Shown here: one piece after another, positions 1 to 11,169 of the stretch
Numbering within the stretch: the first letter of the stretch is position 1
How the letters are laid out: each line of letters starts with the position of its first letter
Origin: an uncultured delta proteobacterium
GTDB taxonomy: Bacteria > Myxococcota_A > UBA9160 > UBA4427
DNA: 64,000 bases
NCBI GenBank assembly: GCA_963822965.1
Contig: CAWGJT010000012.1
Span: 32,001-96,000 of the forward strand
Direction of reading: 5' to 3'
Notes under the pieces: model-generated
Database searches by the model: none
The model's input: the letters and a program-made list of their open reading frames with translations, nothing else
Told to the model about the DNA's origin: nothing
Translations under genes and position numbers: made by a program

Positions 1-238
1 GGGGCTGATCCGGCGCTCGCGACGCTGGACGGGACCGCCCCGGGATGGGACCGGCCGCCACGGCTGCGGCGTGCGCCTGAAGATAAGTTCACTAAACTGA
101 TCTGCAATTCATCCGGTTCCCATCCGACTTCGACGCGAGCTCGGACGCGAGGCACGTGGCCCCGACGACGAAGCGGACGACATCGAATGGCGCAGCGAAC
201 GACCGAGCTGGAAACAGCGAGAAAGGGAGCAACACGAA

Positions 239-940
239 ATGGCGGCCAACCCCCTGTCGACGATCCCGTCCTCTCACGATCGCGCGGCCTCGGACGCGCG
301 CACCGGATCCGAGGAGGGGGGTCGCGAGCCGCGCGCCCGCGCGCGGGCGGCCCGCCGTCAGGCCCTGCTCGAGACCGCCGAGAAGGTTTTCGCCGAGCGC
401 GGCTTCGCCGGGGCCACCATGGCCGAGATCGCGTCGCGCGCGGGCTACTCGGCCGGGAATCTCTACAACGTCTTCGAAGGCAAGGACGCGCTCTTCGCCG
501 AAGTGCTGACCACGCGCGCCAACCAGGTACTCGAACTCGTTCGCAAAGCACTGCGCACGGGCGACACCCTGGGAGAGACCGTCGATCGCTACGTGGATGC
601 CACCCTGAAGCTGGTGGAGGTGCACCGCGGCTTCTTCGTCCTGCTCACCCAGTCGACACCCGACTTCGATTGGCACAGCTCGGGGGCCGGACCCGACGGC
701 GTGGATCTTCGCCGACAGCTCGACGCACAGCTCGAGCAGGTGTTTCGCGAGGCCATGGAACGCGGCGAGATCCCCACTGGCGATCCCCGCCCGCACGTCT
801 GCCTGCTGAGCGGCAGCCTCAACGCCCACATCGCGCGATGGGTACGAAACGAAGACGATCGCGAGGAGCTGTGGCAGCCCGCAGCCGATCTGCGCCTGTT
901 CATCCGGCGTGGGATCGGACTGCCTGCTGACGGATCCTGA
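239..940 (+). CDS. TetR/AcrR family transcriptional regulator
   Basis: TetR HTH: ALLETAEKVFAERGFAGATMAEIASRAGYSAGNLYNVFEGKDALF. Confidence 0.92.
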   Translation: MAANPLSTIPSSHDRAASDARTGSEEGGREPRARARAARRQALLETAEKVFAERGFAGATMAEIASRAGYSAGNLYNVFEGKDALFAEVLTTRANQVLELVRKALRTGDTLGETVDRYVDATLKLVEVHRGFFVLLTQSTPDFDWHSSGAGPDGVDLRRQLDAQLEQVFREAMERGEIPTGDPRPHVCLLSGSLNAHIARWVRNEDDREELWQPAADLRLFIRRGIGLPADGS

Positions 941-1069
941 CAGCAGGCTTCGGAGCGTGCGCGACCGTCGGGCTTTCGAGTAACCGGTGGCCTGGTAGAG
1001 TCATCCAACGCCATCGTCGATCCCCCGATCGCAGGCTGTGCGCGGGCCTGCCGCGGAGCGCACTGTCCC

Positions 1070-2068
1070 ATGCCCCCTGCAGCCCGATCTCATCGCTTCG
1101 AGCTCGTCACCCACCAGGAACGCGTCGCCGAGACGTTCGAGCAGGATCTCGTGCGCGGTCTCTCCCAGAGCCCCAAGCGACTCTCGTCGGTGTGGTTCTA
1201 CGACGAGATCGGGTCGCAGCTCTTCGAGGAGATCTGCGATCTTCCCGAGTACTACCTGACACGTTGCGAGCGCAGCATCCTGGAGCGGCGGGCGGGTGAG
1301 ATCGCGGCGTGCTTCGAAGGTCCCACCACGCTGGTCGAGCTCGGGAGCGGCAGCGCGACGAAGACGCGCCTGCTCATCGAGGCGTTTCTCGAGCGACACG
1401 GGCGATTGCTCTTCGCACCCATCGACGTCTCGCAGACGATGCTCGAAGAGAGCGCGAGCGTGCTCCTCGAGGACTATCCCCGGCTCGAGATCCGGGCCTT
1501 CGCGGGACAGTACGAGTCGGGGCTCGATCACCTGGCCCGCGGCAAGGTGTCGCCGCGCCTCACCCTGTGGCTGGGATCGTCGGTGGGCAATCTCGACCGG
1601 CGGCAGGCGGTGACGTTCCTGCGCCGCGTCCGGGCGGGCATGGCCGGGTCGGATCGCCTGCTCATCGGGATCGACCTGCGAAAGGATCGCCTGACCCTGG
1701 AGCGCGCCTACGACGACGACGCCGGCGTGACCGCGCGCTTCGACCTCAACCTGCTGGCGCGCGTCAACCGCGAGCTCGGGGGCCGCTTCGACCTCGAGCG
1801 ATTCCGGCACCGGGCCACGTGGCGCGAGGACGAGGGACGCGTCGAGAGCCATCTGGTGAGCCTGGTCGACCAGCGCGTGCGGATCGACGGTCTCGACCTC
1901 GAGGTGGAGCTCGAGCGCGGCGAGACGATCCACACGGAGAACTCCTACAAGTACTCGCCCGACGAGATCGAGTGGCTGGCCCGCGAGGCGGGGATGGCGT
2001 GCGAGAGTCGCTGGCTCGACGACGACGGCCTCTACAGCCTGAATCTCTTCGAGCCGGCGAGCGCCTGA
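1070..2068 (+). CDS. egtD: L-histidine N(alpha)-methyltransferase (ergothioneine pathway)
   Basis: Motifs FYDEIGSQLFEEICDLPEYYLTR, LVELGSGSATKT, AYDDDAGVTARF, IHTENSYKY. Confidence 0.92.
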   Translation: MPPAARSHRFELVTHQERVAETFEQDLVRGLSQSPKRLSSVWFYDEIGSQLFEEICDLPEYYLTRCERSILERRAGEIAACFEGPTTLVELGSGSATKTRLLIEAFLERHGRLLFAPIDVSQTMLEESASVLLEDYPRLEIRAFAGQYESGLDHLARGKVSPRLTLWLGSSVGNLDRRQAVTFLRRVRAGMAGSDRLLIGIDLRKDRLTLERAYDDDAGVTARFDLNLLARVNRELGGRFDLERFRHRATWREDEGRVESHLVSLVDQRVRIDGLDLEVELERGETIHTENSYKYSPDEIEWLAREAGMACESRWLDDDGLYSLNLFEPASA

Positions 2069-2088
2069 CGCTCCGTCCCGGGACCCCG

Positions 2089-2153
2089 GCGACCGAATCC
2101 GCTGGATTCGGTCGCGGTTCCGCCGCTGAGGGAGCCCAACGGGCTCCCTCAGC
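2089..2153. terminator. Two adjacent GC-rich hairpins between convergent egtD and polA
   Basis: GCGACCGAATCC-gct-GGATTCGGTCGC (2089-2115) and GCTGAGGGAGCCC-aac-GGGCTCCCTCAGC (2125-2153). Confidence 0.65.
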
Positions 2154-4924
2154 TAGTGCGCCTCGCGCCAGTCGGAGCCGATCCCCACGTCGACCACCAG
2201 CGGGACCCGCAGGCTCAGCACCTGCTGCATGGTCTCCCGGGCCAGGTCGGCCACCGCGTCCACCTCGCTCCTCGGTGCCTCGAAGACCAGCTCGTCGTGG
2301 ACCTGCAGGATCACCCGCGCGCCGAGCAAAGCCGCTTGCGAGCGCCTCGTCCACCTCGACCATGGCCTTCTTGATGAGATCGGCGGCCGTGCCCTGGATG
2401 ACGCTGTTGACCGCCATGCGCTCGGCGGCCTGGCGGAGCACGCGGTTGCGCGAGGAGAGGTCGGGCAGGTAGCGACGACGCCCGAGCAGGGTGCGTCACG
2501 TAGCCGCGCTGGGCGGCGCTCTCGATCGGTCTCGTCGAGGAAGCGACGCACGCCGCCGTAGCGAGCGAAGTAGGCGTCGATCGTCTCCTGGGCCTCGCCG
2601 GCCGCGATCTTCAGGGTGTTGGAGAGACCGAAGGCCGACGAGCCGTAGATGATCCCGAAGTTCACCGCCTTCGCGCGGGCGCGCTGCTCGGGGGTCACCT
2701 CGTCGGGCGAGATGCCGGCCACCTCGGCGGCCGTCCGGCGGTGGATGTCCTCGTTCTTCGTGAAGGCGTCCACCAGGCTCTCGTCCCCGGAGTAGTGCGC
2801 GAGGATGCGGAGCTCCACCTGGGAGTAGTCCGCGGAGAGCAGCCGATTGCCCTCGGCGGGCACGAAGGCCTCGCGGATCCGGACGCCCTCCTCGGTGCGG
2901 ATCGGGATGTTCTGCACGTTGGGATTCGTCGCCGACAGGCGACCGGTCGCGGCGCCGGTCTGGTTGAACGTGGGATGGATGCGTCCCGTGCGCTCGTCGA
3001 CGAGTGGCGGCAACGCCTCGATGTAGGTGCTGAGCAGCTTGGAGAGGCGTCGCCAGGCGAGGACGAGCGCCGGCAGCTCGTGGTCGACGGCCAGCTGCTC
3101 GAGCACGTCCTCGGCCGTCGAGTAGCCCGTCTTGGTCTTCTTCAGGGGCGGCAGCTTCAGCTTCTCGAACAGGATCGTCTGGAGCTGCTTCGGCGAGCTG
3201 ACGAGGAACTTCTCGCCGGCCGCCGCGTGGATCTGCTCCTCGAGCCGCGGCGAGCTCGAACCGATAGTGCCCCGCGAGCTGCTGCAGCTTCGCCTCGTCG
3301 ATGCGGACGCCGAAGCGCTCCATGCGCGAGAGCACCCGGGTGAGGGGCATCTCGACGTCCTCGAAGAGCCGCAGCAGGCCGTCGGCCTCGAGCCGCGCGA
3401 GGAGCAGCGGGTGCAGGGCCCGGGTCGCGCAGGCCTGCTGGCCCGCCCAGCCCGCGACCGCCGCGACCTCGAGCTCTCCGGCGGCACCGCCTTCGCCCCG
3501 CGGCCCGCGAGGTCCGCCCAGGCGTCGAGCGGTGCGGCCCAGGTACTGGGCGCTGAGCGCCGCGACGTCGGTCGTCGCGTTCGGGTCGAGCAGGAACGCG
3601 GCCAGGGAGACGTCGAAGGCGGGCAGCGGCAGCTCGAGCCCGCGCTCCGCCGCCAGCGACTGCAGCTGCTTCACGTCGACACCGATCCAGGGGCGCGTCG
3701 CGCCGTCGGCCTCCGCCGCGGCGAACATCGTCTCGAGCCGCGGCAGAGCGCATCCGCGATGGGAAGCCCGGACGCGCCCAGGCGCTGCTGCGCGGACTCG
3801 TCCGCCAGCGCGACGTAGAAGGCGCTCTCCAGCGCCCGTCGCCACCGCGAGTCCCACCAGACGCGCGTCGACGGCGCTGCCGGGCTCCGCCACGGCGAGC
3901 ACGCGCCAGGGGCTCCTCGGGTGGCGAGCGCGGCGACGGCGCGCTCGAGTGCCGCGGCGGACGACAGCACCTCGACCTCGACTGCGTGCGGCGCGGCGCG
4001 GACGCGGCGGCGCGTCGCCCTGCCCTTCGTCGTCGAGCGCGGCGATCAGGCGCGTGAAGCCCAGCCGCTGGTAGATCTCGCGCAGGCGATCCCGGTCGGG
4101 CTCGCTGCCGCGCGAGGTCTTCGAGACCGCAGGGCAGCTCGACGTCCGAGCCGCAGCGTGGCGAGGCGCTTGGACAGCCGCGCGTCCTCCGCGTGCTCGT
4201 GCAGGGCCTCCCGGGCGCGCTTCGCCTTCACCTCGCCGGCGTGCTCGAGCAGCGCCTCGAGGCTGCCCCACTCGAGGATCAGCTTGGCGGCGCCCTTCTC
4301 GCCGATGCCCTTCACGCCGGGAATGTTGTCGCTGGGGTCGCCGACCAGCGCCCGCAGGTCGAGCATCTTCTCGGGCGGCACGCCGAAGCGCTCCTCGACG
4401 TCGGCGGGCTCGTAGCGACGGTCCTTGATGCCGTCGAGCAGGGTCACCCGCGGACCCACGAGCTGCATCAGGTCCTTGTCGGTGGAGAGGATCGTCACCT
4501 CGACGTCGGGCGGGCGCCGTCGCGACCAGGGTCGCCGATCACGTCGTCCGCCTCGAAGCCCTGCACCTCGAGCACCGGGAACGCGGAACGCGTCGACGAC
4601 TTCGCGAACCAGGGGGAGCTGCGCGCTCAGGTCCTCGGGCTGCGCGTCTCGTCCGGCCTTGTAGCCGTCGAACACCTCGTTGCGGAAGCTGCCGCCCCGG
4701 GGATCGAAGGCGATGGCGATCAGGTCCGGCGACTCCTCGCGGAGCACCTTGGCGAGCATCGTCGCGAAGCCGAGGACGGCGTTCGTGGGCGTTCCGTCGG
4801 GGGCGCGCAGGCTGGGGATCGCGAAGAACGCCCGGTAGATGGCGTTGGCTCCGTCGATGACGACGAGCTTTCGAGGCGGCGACGAACGCGCCGGCGCGGG
4901 GGTCCTGGGATCGGAGTCGGTCAA
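2153..4924 (-). CDS. polA: DNA polymerase I (several apparent frameshifts, probably sequencing errors; start approximate)
   Basis: 5'-3' exonuclease LVVIDGANAIYRAFFAIP, ILSTDKDLMQLV, GDPSDNIPGVKGIGEK; polymerase ADYSQVELRILAH, RARAKAVNFGIIYG, AVNSVIQGTAAD, LQVHDELVFE, spread over several frames. Confidence 0.93.
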
Positions 4925-5019
4925 CGGGAGGCCCGTCCCGAGGCTATCACAGGGGCTGACCGGCACTCTCGCGTCGACCTGCCGCGGAGCGACGGCGCGA
5001 CCTGCTACCGTCGCGCGGC

Positions 5020-5315
5020 ATGGCGCTTCCGCCCCACGCTCCGCGCCGCGAGGCCGCCGGTCTTCCGGCCGAGCTTCACGCTGGCGGCGCTCTACCTGCT
5101 GGCGTTCTTCGCGTTCTTCTCGATGCTGCTCGTGCTGCCGGAGCTGCTCACCGTGCTGCGGGACGCGGCCCCGGGGCCGGAGCAGCAACGACTCGCCCAG
5201 GAGACCGTCCACCGGGTTGCCGGGCCGCGATTGCCGTGGGCCGTGGCGCTGGCCCTGGGCGCTGTGGGGCTCGGGCGCCTACCTGCAGGTGCTCCCGGGC
5301 CTCCGGCCGCGCTGA
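5020..5315 (+). CDS. Small membrane protein, about 2 TM (frameshifted)
   Basis: Hydrophobic segments FTLAALYLLAFFAFFSMLLVLPELL and LPWAVALALGAVGLG, continuing as AYLQVLPGLRPR* in another frame. Confidence 0.55.
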
Positions 5316-5352
5316 CTCCGAGCCACACGCACCGGCGGGAACGCCGCAGGCC

Positions 5353-5432
5353 CAGGAGCACCGGCTCAGGTACAGGAGCACCGGCTCAGGTACAGGAGCA
5401 CCGGCTCAGGTACAGAAGCGCCGGGTCAGGAC
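5353..5432. repeat. 20-bp tandem repeat, 3 perfect copies plus 1 degenerate
   Basis: CAGGAGCACCGGCTCAGGTA x3 (5353-5412), then CAGAAGCGCCGGGTCAGGAC overlapping the acpP stop. Confidence 0.93.
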
Positions 5433-5677
5433 AGCCGCTTGACCAGATAGGCCTCGACGTCGCCGACGGTGCGCATCGCCTCTGCGTCCTCGTCGGCGAT
5501 CTCGATGTCGAAGGCCTCCTCGATGGCCATCACCATCTCGACCACGTCGAGTGAGTCGGCGCCGAGATCATCGAGGATGTTCGCCTCGGGTCTCATCTCG
5601 CCGAGATCGACGCCGAGCTGCTCGGCCATCAGACCCCGGACCCGCTCGCTCAACACCTCGATGGACGATTCGCTCAC
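5426..5677 (-). CDS. acpP: Acyl carrier protein
   Basis: [25 protein letters not shown] phosphopantetheine motif; start GTG 5677 or 5695. Confidence 0.9.
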   Translation of the reverse strand: MSESSIEVLSERVRGLMAEQLGVDLGEMRPEANILDDLGADSLDVVEMVMAIEEAFDIEIADEDAEAMRTVGDVEAYLVKRLS

Positions 5678-5732
5678 GTTCGGCACCCCCCTCACCCTGG
5701 TGTCACGCCGGCCGGACGGTCCGAGCCTCGCA

Positions 5733-5783
5733 TGACTGTCAGTCAGCGGCCGGGAAGGTCCCGCTTTCGCGACGACCTGTCAA
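5733..5783 (-). promoter_or_regulatory. Putative sigma70 promoter of acpP with downstream palindromic operator
   Basis: TTGACA (5783-5778), 17 bp, weak -10 GACCTT; perfect palindrome TGACTG-T-CAGTCA at 5733-5745. Confidence 0.5.
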
Positions 5784-6498
5784 GCCGAAGCGTGGGTCGG
5801 GATCGCACGGCAACGCGGATTCGGATCAGGCGGCCGGACACCGGAGCCCGTGATGATCAGATCGAGGGTCTGGTCGTAGAGCGCCTGCAACGAGCTTCGC
5901 CGGAGCTTGCGACGGGCGTCCGTGCTGTCCGACTGGATGACGGCGTTCGCCACCGTCCACAGGATGTTGGACGTCGCCCAGGTGTCGCAGGAGACCAGCT
6001 CGCCGTCGGCCACGCCCCGGGCGAGCACGCTGTCGAGGATCGAGAGGCTCTCCTCCCACAGCCGCGACACCTCTTCGACCACGCTCGCCGGCAGCTGGCC
6101 GATCACGCTCTGGTTGTCGATCGCCCAGAAGATCTGGAAGTAGTCCTTGTGGGTGAGCCAGTGATCGAGGTAGAAGCGGCTCAGGCGATCAGGGTCTCGG
6201 TGCTGCTGCGCGCCGCTCTCCGCCGCTTCGCGCATGCGCTCGGTGAAGCCCCGCCGTTCTCCGCCAGCACCGCCACGTAGAGGTCGGCCTTGCTGTCGAA
6301 GTAGCGGTAGAGCGTGCCCTTGGCGACGCCGGCCCGCTCGGCCACCTCGTCGAGGTTCGCGGCCATGAAGCCGTCCCGGAAGAAGACGTCCCGGGCCGAC
6401 TCGAGGATGCGGCGGCGAGACTGGGCCTTTCGCTCCTCGCGAGAGTCGTCGCGGGTCCTGGCGTCGTCCGCGGTCTCCGTCGCGCGCTCATCGGTCAT
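5780..6498 (-). CDS. TetR/AcrR family regulator (frameshift near 6245)
   Basis: [48 protein letters not shown]-terminal part in ORF 5780-6235. Confidence 0.88.
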
Positions 6499-6646
6499 CT
6501 TGCTGGCGTCCTCGCATCTCGCTCCATCCGACGCCACAGTGTCTCCTCGCGCGCCCCGCGTGTCACGCCTCTTCCTTGCGCGCTGCCGCCGCGCGAGGGC
6601 GTCGCGGGCGCCGTCCTCGTGCCACGCTCGCCTCCGGGGAACCGCA

Positions 6647-7175
6647 TCAGCCGGCTCTGCCGGAGCGTGCGTGCCGGCGGGCGGTATCGACGTACGCGAG
6701 GGTCCGCTCGCGCTGCTCGCGCCTCTCCTCGTCGGTGAGGTCCCGCACCACGCGTGCGGGCGTGCCGAGCGACCAGGGTCCCCGCCGGCACGCGCGTGCC
6801 GGGCGTCACCACCGCGCCTGCTCCGACGAGCGCCTCCTCGCCCACCTCTGCGCCGTCGAGCACGATGGCGCCGATGCCGATCAGCGCCCCGTCGCCCACG
6901 CGACAGCCGTGTACGACCGCTCGGTGACCCACGGTCACCTCGGCGCCGATCCAGGCGGGGAAACGGTCCCGCGTCACGTGCACCACGCAGCGCGTCCTGG
7001 ATGTTCGTGCGGGCGCCGATGCGGATGTGGTGGACGTCGCCGCGCACCACCGAGCCGTACCAGATGCTGGACTCGGCGCCGATCTCGACGTCGCCGACGA
7101 CCACGGCCCCGGGCGCCAGCCAGACCGTGGGGTCGATGCGCGGCGCGTGGCCCTGGTAGGACCGGACGATCGCTC
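6647..7175 (-). CDS. Gamma carbonic anhydrase family (YrdA/PaaY-like), frameshifted; ends approximate
   Basis: [36 protein letters not shown] and [30 protein letters not shown] hexapeptide repeats. Confidence 0.88.
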
Positions 7176-7180
7176 TGGCG

Positions 7181-8153
7181 TCAGACGCCGACGTCGTCGC
7201 TTCCTTCGTAGCGGAAGCGCGCGAACAGACTCGTCTGCACGTAGCGCTCGCCCGCGTCGCAGATCACCGTCACGATCGTCTTGTCGGCGTTTCCGGGCTG
7301 GGCCGCGTAGCGCAGGGCGCCCGCGACATTCGCGCCGGCGGAGATGCCGCACAGGATGCCCTCCTCCCGGGCCAGACGGCGGGCCATGTCGATGGCCTCG
7401 TCGCTGCTCACGGTGATCACCTGGTCGATGCAGCTCCCGACCGAGCACCTCGGGGACGAAGCCCGCGCCGATGCCCTGGATGCGGTGGGGATGGGGTGCG
7501 CCCCCCGACAGCACGGGGCTCTCGGCGGGCTCGACGGCGACCGCCTCGAACGAGGGCTTTCGCTCCTTGATCACCTGCGCCACGCCGGTGATCGTGCCGC
7601 CCGTGCCGACGCCGGCGACGAGCGCGTCCACCTCGCCGTCGGTGTCGTCCCAGATCTCGAGGGCCGTGGTGCGCCGATGCACCTCGGGATTCGCCGGGTT
7701 GCGGAACTGCTGCAGGATGAAGGCGTTCGGAATCTTGTCCGCCAGCTCCTTGGCCTTCTCGACCGAGCCCTGCATACCGCGGGCGCCGTCGGTGAGCACC
7801 ACCTTCGTGCCGAAGGCCCGCAGGGTGACGCGGCGCTCGGGACTCATCGTGTCGGGCATGACCACGATGCACTCGTAGCCCTTGACCGCGGCCACCATCG
7901 CCATGGCGATGCCGGTGTTGCCGCTCGTGGGCTCGATCAGCACCGTTTCGCCCGGACGGATGAGGCCCGCCTGCTCCGCCGTCTCGATCATCGCGAGGCC
8001 GATGCGGTCCTTGACGCTGCAGCCCGGGTTGTTGCTCTCGAGCTTCCCGAGGATGCGCGCCGAGGTGCCCGCGGCCACGCGGTTCAGGCGGACGAGAGGC
8101 GTCCCGCCGACCAGCTCACAGACGTCGTTTGCGATCTTCACGGGCGCGAGCAT
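7181..8153 (-). CDS. cysK: Cysteine synthase A (frameshift near 7440)
   Basis: [60 protein letters not shown]. Confidence 0.93.
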
Positions 8154-8180
8154 ACCCCCGGCGGCGGCCCCGTTCCAAGC

Positions 8181-9196
8181 TCAGGGTGCGGCGAGCGCGC
8201 GGCCGGGCACGGCGCCCAGCAGCTCCTCGAGCAGCACCGTGGCGTAGCTGCCGGCGGGAAGCTCGCAGCGGATCCGGAGCCCCGTGTCTTCCGGGCCGAG
8301 CTGCAGCTCGCGGACGGGCACCCGCAGCGGCCGCCGGCCGCCCCGCATGCGCACACCCCGGGGCGCCCGCAGCGCAGCCGGATCGAGGCCGAAGTGCCGG
8401 AGCACGTCCTGCTCGCGCGCGGCCACCGTCGGCCCCGGTTGCTCCATGCGGGTGCCGAAGAGGGGTCCCGTCGCGCTGATCTCGAAGCACTCGGCCCGGC
8501 GACACTCCCGACCGGCGTCCTCGACGAGGAAGAGGCCGCCCGAGTCGGTGCGACGGGCGAGATCGCCCACCTCGACGCGGTCGAGGGGCAGCGGACGCCG
8601 GCGCAGCACCTCGTTGAAGACCGCGGCCTGCAGGGCCGAGATCAGGAAGCGCGCCTCCCGGCGGTCGACGCGCAGGCGTTCGCCGGCCAGCAGCCGGCGT
8701 GCCCCGCGCGACGTTGTCGTCCTCGGTTCCGGCGCCGCGGCCGAAGCGCTGCTCGCCAAAGCGGTTCGGCAGGCCGATCCGCTCGATGCGGGCCTGCGCC
8801 TCCACGGCGGCCGGCAGGACGGACTCGACGTCGACCCCGCGCACGCGCAGATCGAAGCGATTGCCGGCGAGCTGCCCGGTCCGGAGCTTGTGCGGGTGCG
8901 GGGTGGCGCGCAGGACCGTGATCCCCGGCCGCGAGAGCGAGAGCGCGGCCTCCGGTGCGAGGCCCGGCACGGAGAAGTGCTGGCGCGTCACCGCGAAGCG
9001 GTCCTTGCGCCCCGCGTAGCCTACGTCCCCCGGCGCGACACCGGCCTCTCGGGCGAGCCAGCGCGCGACATCCTCGGTATTGCGCTCGCGCTTCTCGATC
9101 CACAGGAAGGTATGGCCGCCTTCGCCGCTCGGCGGATAGAGAGGGCAGCTCCTCGACGACGAAGTCCTCGGGGGATTCGAAGCGCCCCGGCGTCAC
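8181..9196 (-). CDS. truD: tRNA pseudouridine(13) synthase (frameshifted)
   Basis: PEDFVVEE, TRQHFS, KLRTGQLAGNRF, GLPNRFGEQRFG, FLISALQAAVFN, ELPAGSYATVLLEEL. Confidence 0.88.
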
Positions 9197-9996
9197 GGAA
9201 GCGACGCGTTCGCCACGGGCTGGAACGAGCTGCGGTGGATCGGCGAGGGCCCCAGCCGGCGCAGGGCGCGCAGGTGATCGGCGGTGCCGTAGCCCATGTG
9301 GCGATCGAACCCGTAGCCGGGATGATCGATCGCGTAGCGACGCATGAGTGCGTCGCGGTAGACCTTCGCGACGACCGAGGCCGCCGCGATCGAGCCGTCC
9401 CGCGAGTCACCTCGGGGAATCGCCGTTTGGGCCATGGTCACACCCGGGATCGTGCGCGCGTCCACCAGCAGGTGATCGGGCCGGCACGCCAGCGCCGCCA
9501 CGGCCCGGCGCATCGCCAACAGGGTGGCCTGCAGGATGTTGATCCGGTCGATCTCGTGCACGTCGGCCGCGCCGATCCCCACGGCCTGCGCCTGCTCGCG
9601 GATGGCGGCGTCGAGCGACTCGCGGACCCGTGCGGTCAGCTTCTTCGAATCGTCGAGGCCCGGAAGGCGGACGTCGGGCGGCAGGATCACCGCCGCCGCC
9701 ACCACCGGGCCGGCCAGCGGACCCACGCCGACCTCGTCGATGCCCGCCACCCAGCGGACCCCCTGCGCGAAGAGCTCACGGCGATGGGCGAAGAGCCGCG
9801 AGACCCGTCGCGTCTCCGCGCGGCTCGCCCGGATGCGCCGATCCACAAGGGCCTCCAGGTCGCGCGCGCCGGCGCGCCCGTCGCCCTGTAGCATGCGATG
9901 CAGGCGCAGGAGACTCTTCCGATCGGCGGCGGCCGCGACACGGGCGCGCAGCTCGGCCAGGGAAGGACGCGAGGCGCGCGCCGCTCTCGAGCTCAT
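9193..9996 (-). CDS. rnhB: Ribonuclease HII
   Basis: AGIDEVGVGPLAGPVVAAAV, LDDSKKL, IAAASVVAKVYRD, GYGTADH, IHRSSF. Confidence 0.95.
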   Translation of the reverse strand: MSSRAARASRPSLAELRARVAAAADRKSLLRLHRMLQGDGRAGARDLEALVDRRIRASRAETRRVSRLFAHRRELFAQGVRWVAGIDEVGVGPLAGPVVAAAVILPPDVRLPGLDDSKKLTARVRESLDAAIREQAQAVGIGAADVHEIDRINILQATLLAMRRAVAALACRPDHLLVDARTIPGVTMAQTAIPRGDSRDGSIAAASVVAKVYRDALMRRYAIDHPGYGFDRHMGYGTADHLRALRRLGPSPIHRSSFQPVANASLP

Positions 9997-10072
9997 CGGG
10001 CCACCGTCTCCCCCCAACGGGACGGAGCGGGGCCCGGCACGCGTCGCCGCAACCCCGCGGAGCCAGCCGCTG

Positions 10073-10894
10073 CTACCGGGCGAGAACCACGCCCACCGGC
10101 GAGGTCCGAACGACCGACGCCGCGTTGCTGCCGATGAAGTAGTCGCTGATGCGATTGCGCCCGTAGGCGCCGATCACGATCAGGCCGGCGCGCGCCTCGC
10201 GCGCCGTGTCCACCAGCTTCACGTCGGGACGTCCGAGGGTCGAGGACGTCTCGCGGACCGGCACCGAGAGCCCGCCCACCAGCTGTCGGACCTCCTCGAA
10301 GCGCGCGACGGCCCGACCCTTGTCCTTCGAGTCGACGAACACGTGGACCGACTCGCCGAGACCGTTCGCGAGCTCGACGGCCAGGTTGGCCGCGCTGCGC
10401 GAGCCCGGAGAGCCGTCGAATCCCAGGACGATGGGGCCTCCCAGGGTGGCGCCCGTGGGTACGACCAGGCAGGAGCGCGTCGACTTCCGGACCACGCTCT
10501 CCACGGTTCCGCCGATCAGGATGCCACGCCCCGGGGTGCTCTTGCCGTCCCGGCCCATCACGATGAGGTCGATGTTCTGTCCCCGCTCGACGATGCGATC
10601 GTCGGCGGCGCCGGTCGAGGCTTCGCAGCTCGCCTCGATGCCCTCGCCGCGAGCCCGCTCGCCGAAGCGGCGCGCCACGGCGTCCGCCCGGGCCTTGTAG
10701 TAGGCCGCGAGCTCGGCGGACGGGTGGCCTTGAATCGCGAGGTCGTCGCTGCCGGGCGGCCGCACGTCCCGGTCTTCCACCACGGTGACGCCGGCCAGCC
10801 GGGCCCCCAGGCGTGCCGCCAGGGAGATCCCGCATCGCTCGCCGGCGCTCGCTCCCTCCGAACCATCAGTTGCTACCAGGATCGACTCGGTCAT
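10073..10894 (-). CDS. Tandem-domain universal stress protein
   Basis: Two USP domains: ILVATDGS...DLIVMGRDG...IGGTVESVVR and VLGFDGS...LIVIGAYG...IGSNAASVVR. Confidence 0.92.
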   Translation of the reverse strand: MTESILVATDGSEGASAGERCGISLAARLGARLAGVTVVEDRDVRPPGSDDLAIQGHPSAELAAYYKARADAVARRFGERARGEGIEASCEASTGAADDRIVERGQNIDLIVMGRDGKSTPGRGILIGGTVESVVRKSTRSCLVVPTGATLGGPIVLGFDGSPGSRSAANLAVELANGLGESVHVFVDSKDKGRAVARFEEVRQLVGGLSVPVRETSSTLGRPDVKLVDTAREARAGLIVIGAYGRNRISDYFIGSNAASVVRTSPVGVVLAR

Positions 10895-11169
10895 ATGGCT
10901 CCCCGCTGGTACCCCTGCACGAGACGCCGGCCAATGTAAGGGACCCCCGAGGGAGAATCAATTCTGTCCAGCGGGGAACTTTCCGGGACCTGGGCCGAGA
11001 ACCGCCCGAGCGCGACGCCATGGCAGCATCCACGGGTGCCCGAAGCTCCCCCGGGAGTCCCAGGGACCGTGCCGTTCGGGTCCCTCCGGGTTCCCGGCGG
11101 ATCCGGTGATATGCTGGGCCTCCTCCAGGGGGGCGTTCGGTGGCACGAAGCAGAAGGGGCTCGGAGGCG

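Noticed and set aside
5353..5432. Possible CRISPR array
   Set aside because: Contiguous tandem copies with no spacers and no cas genes
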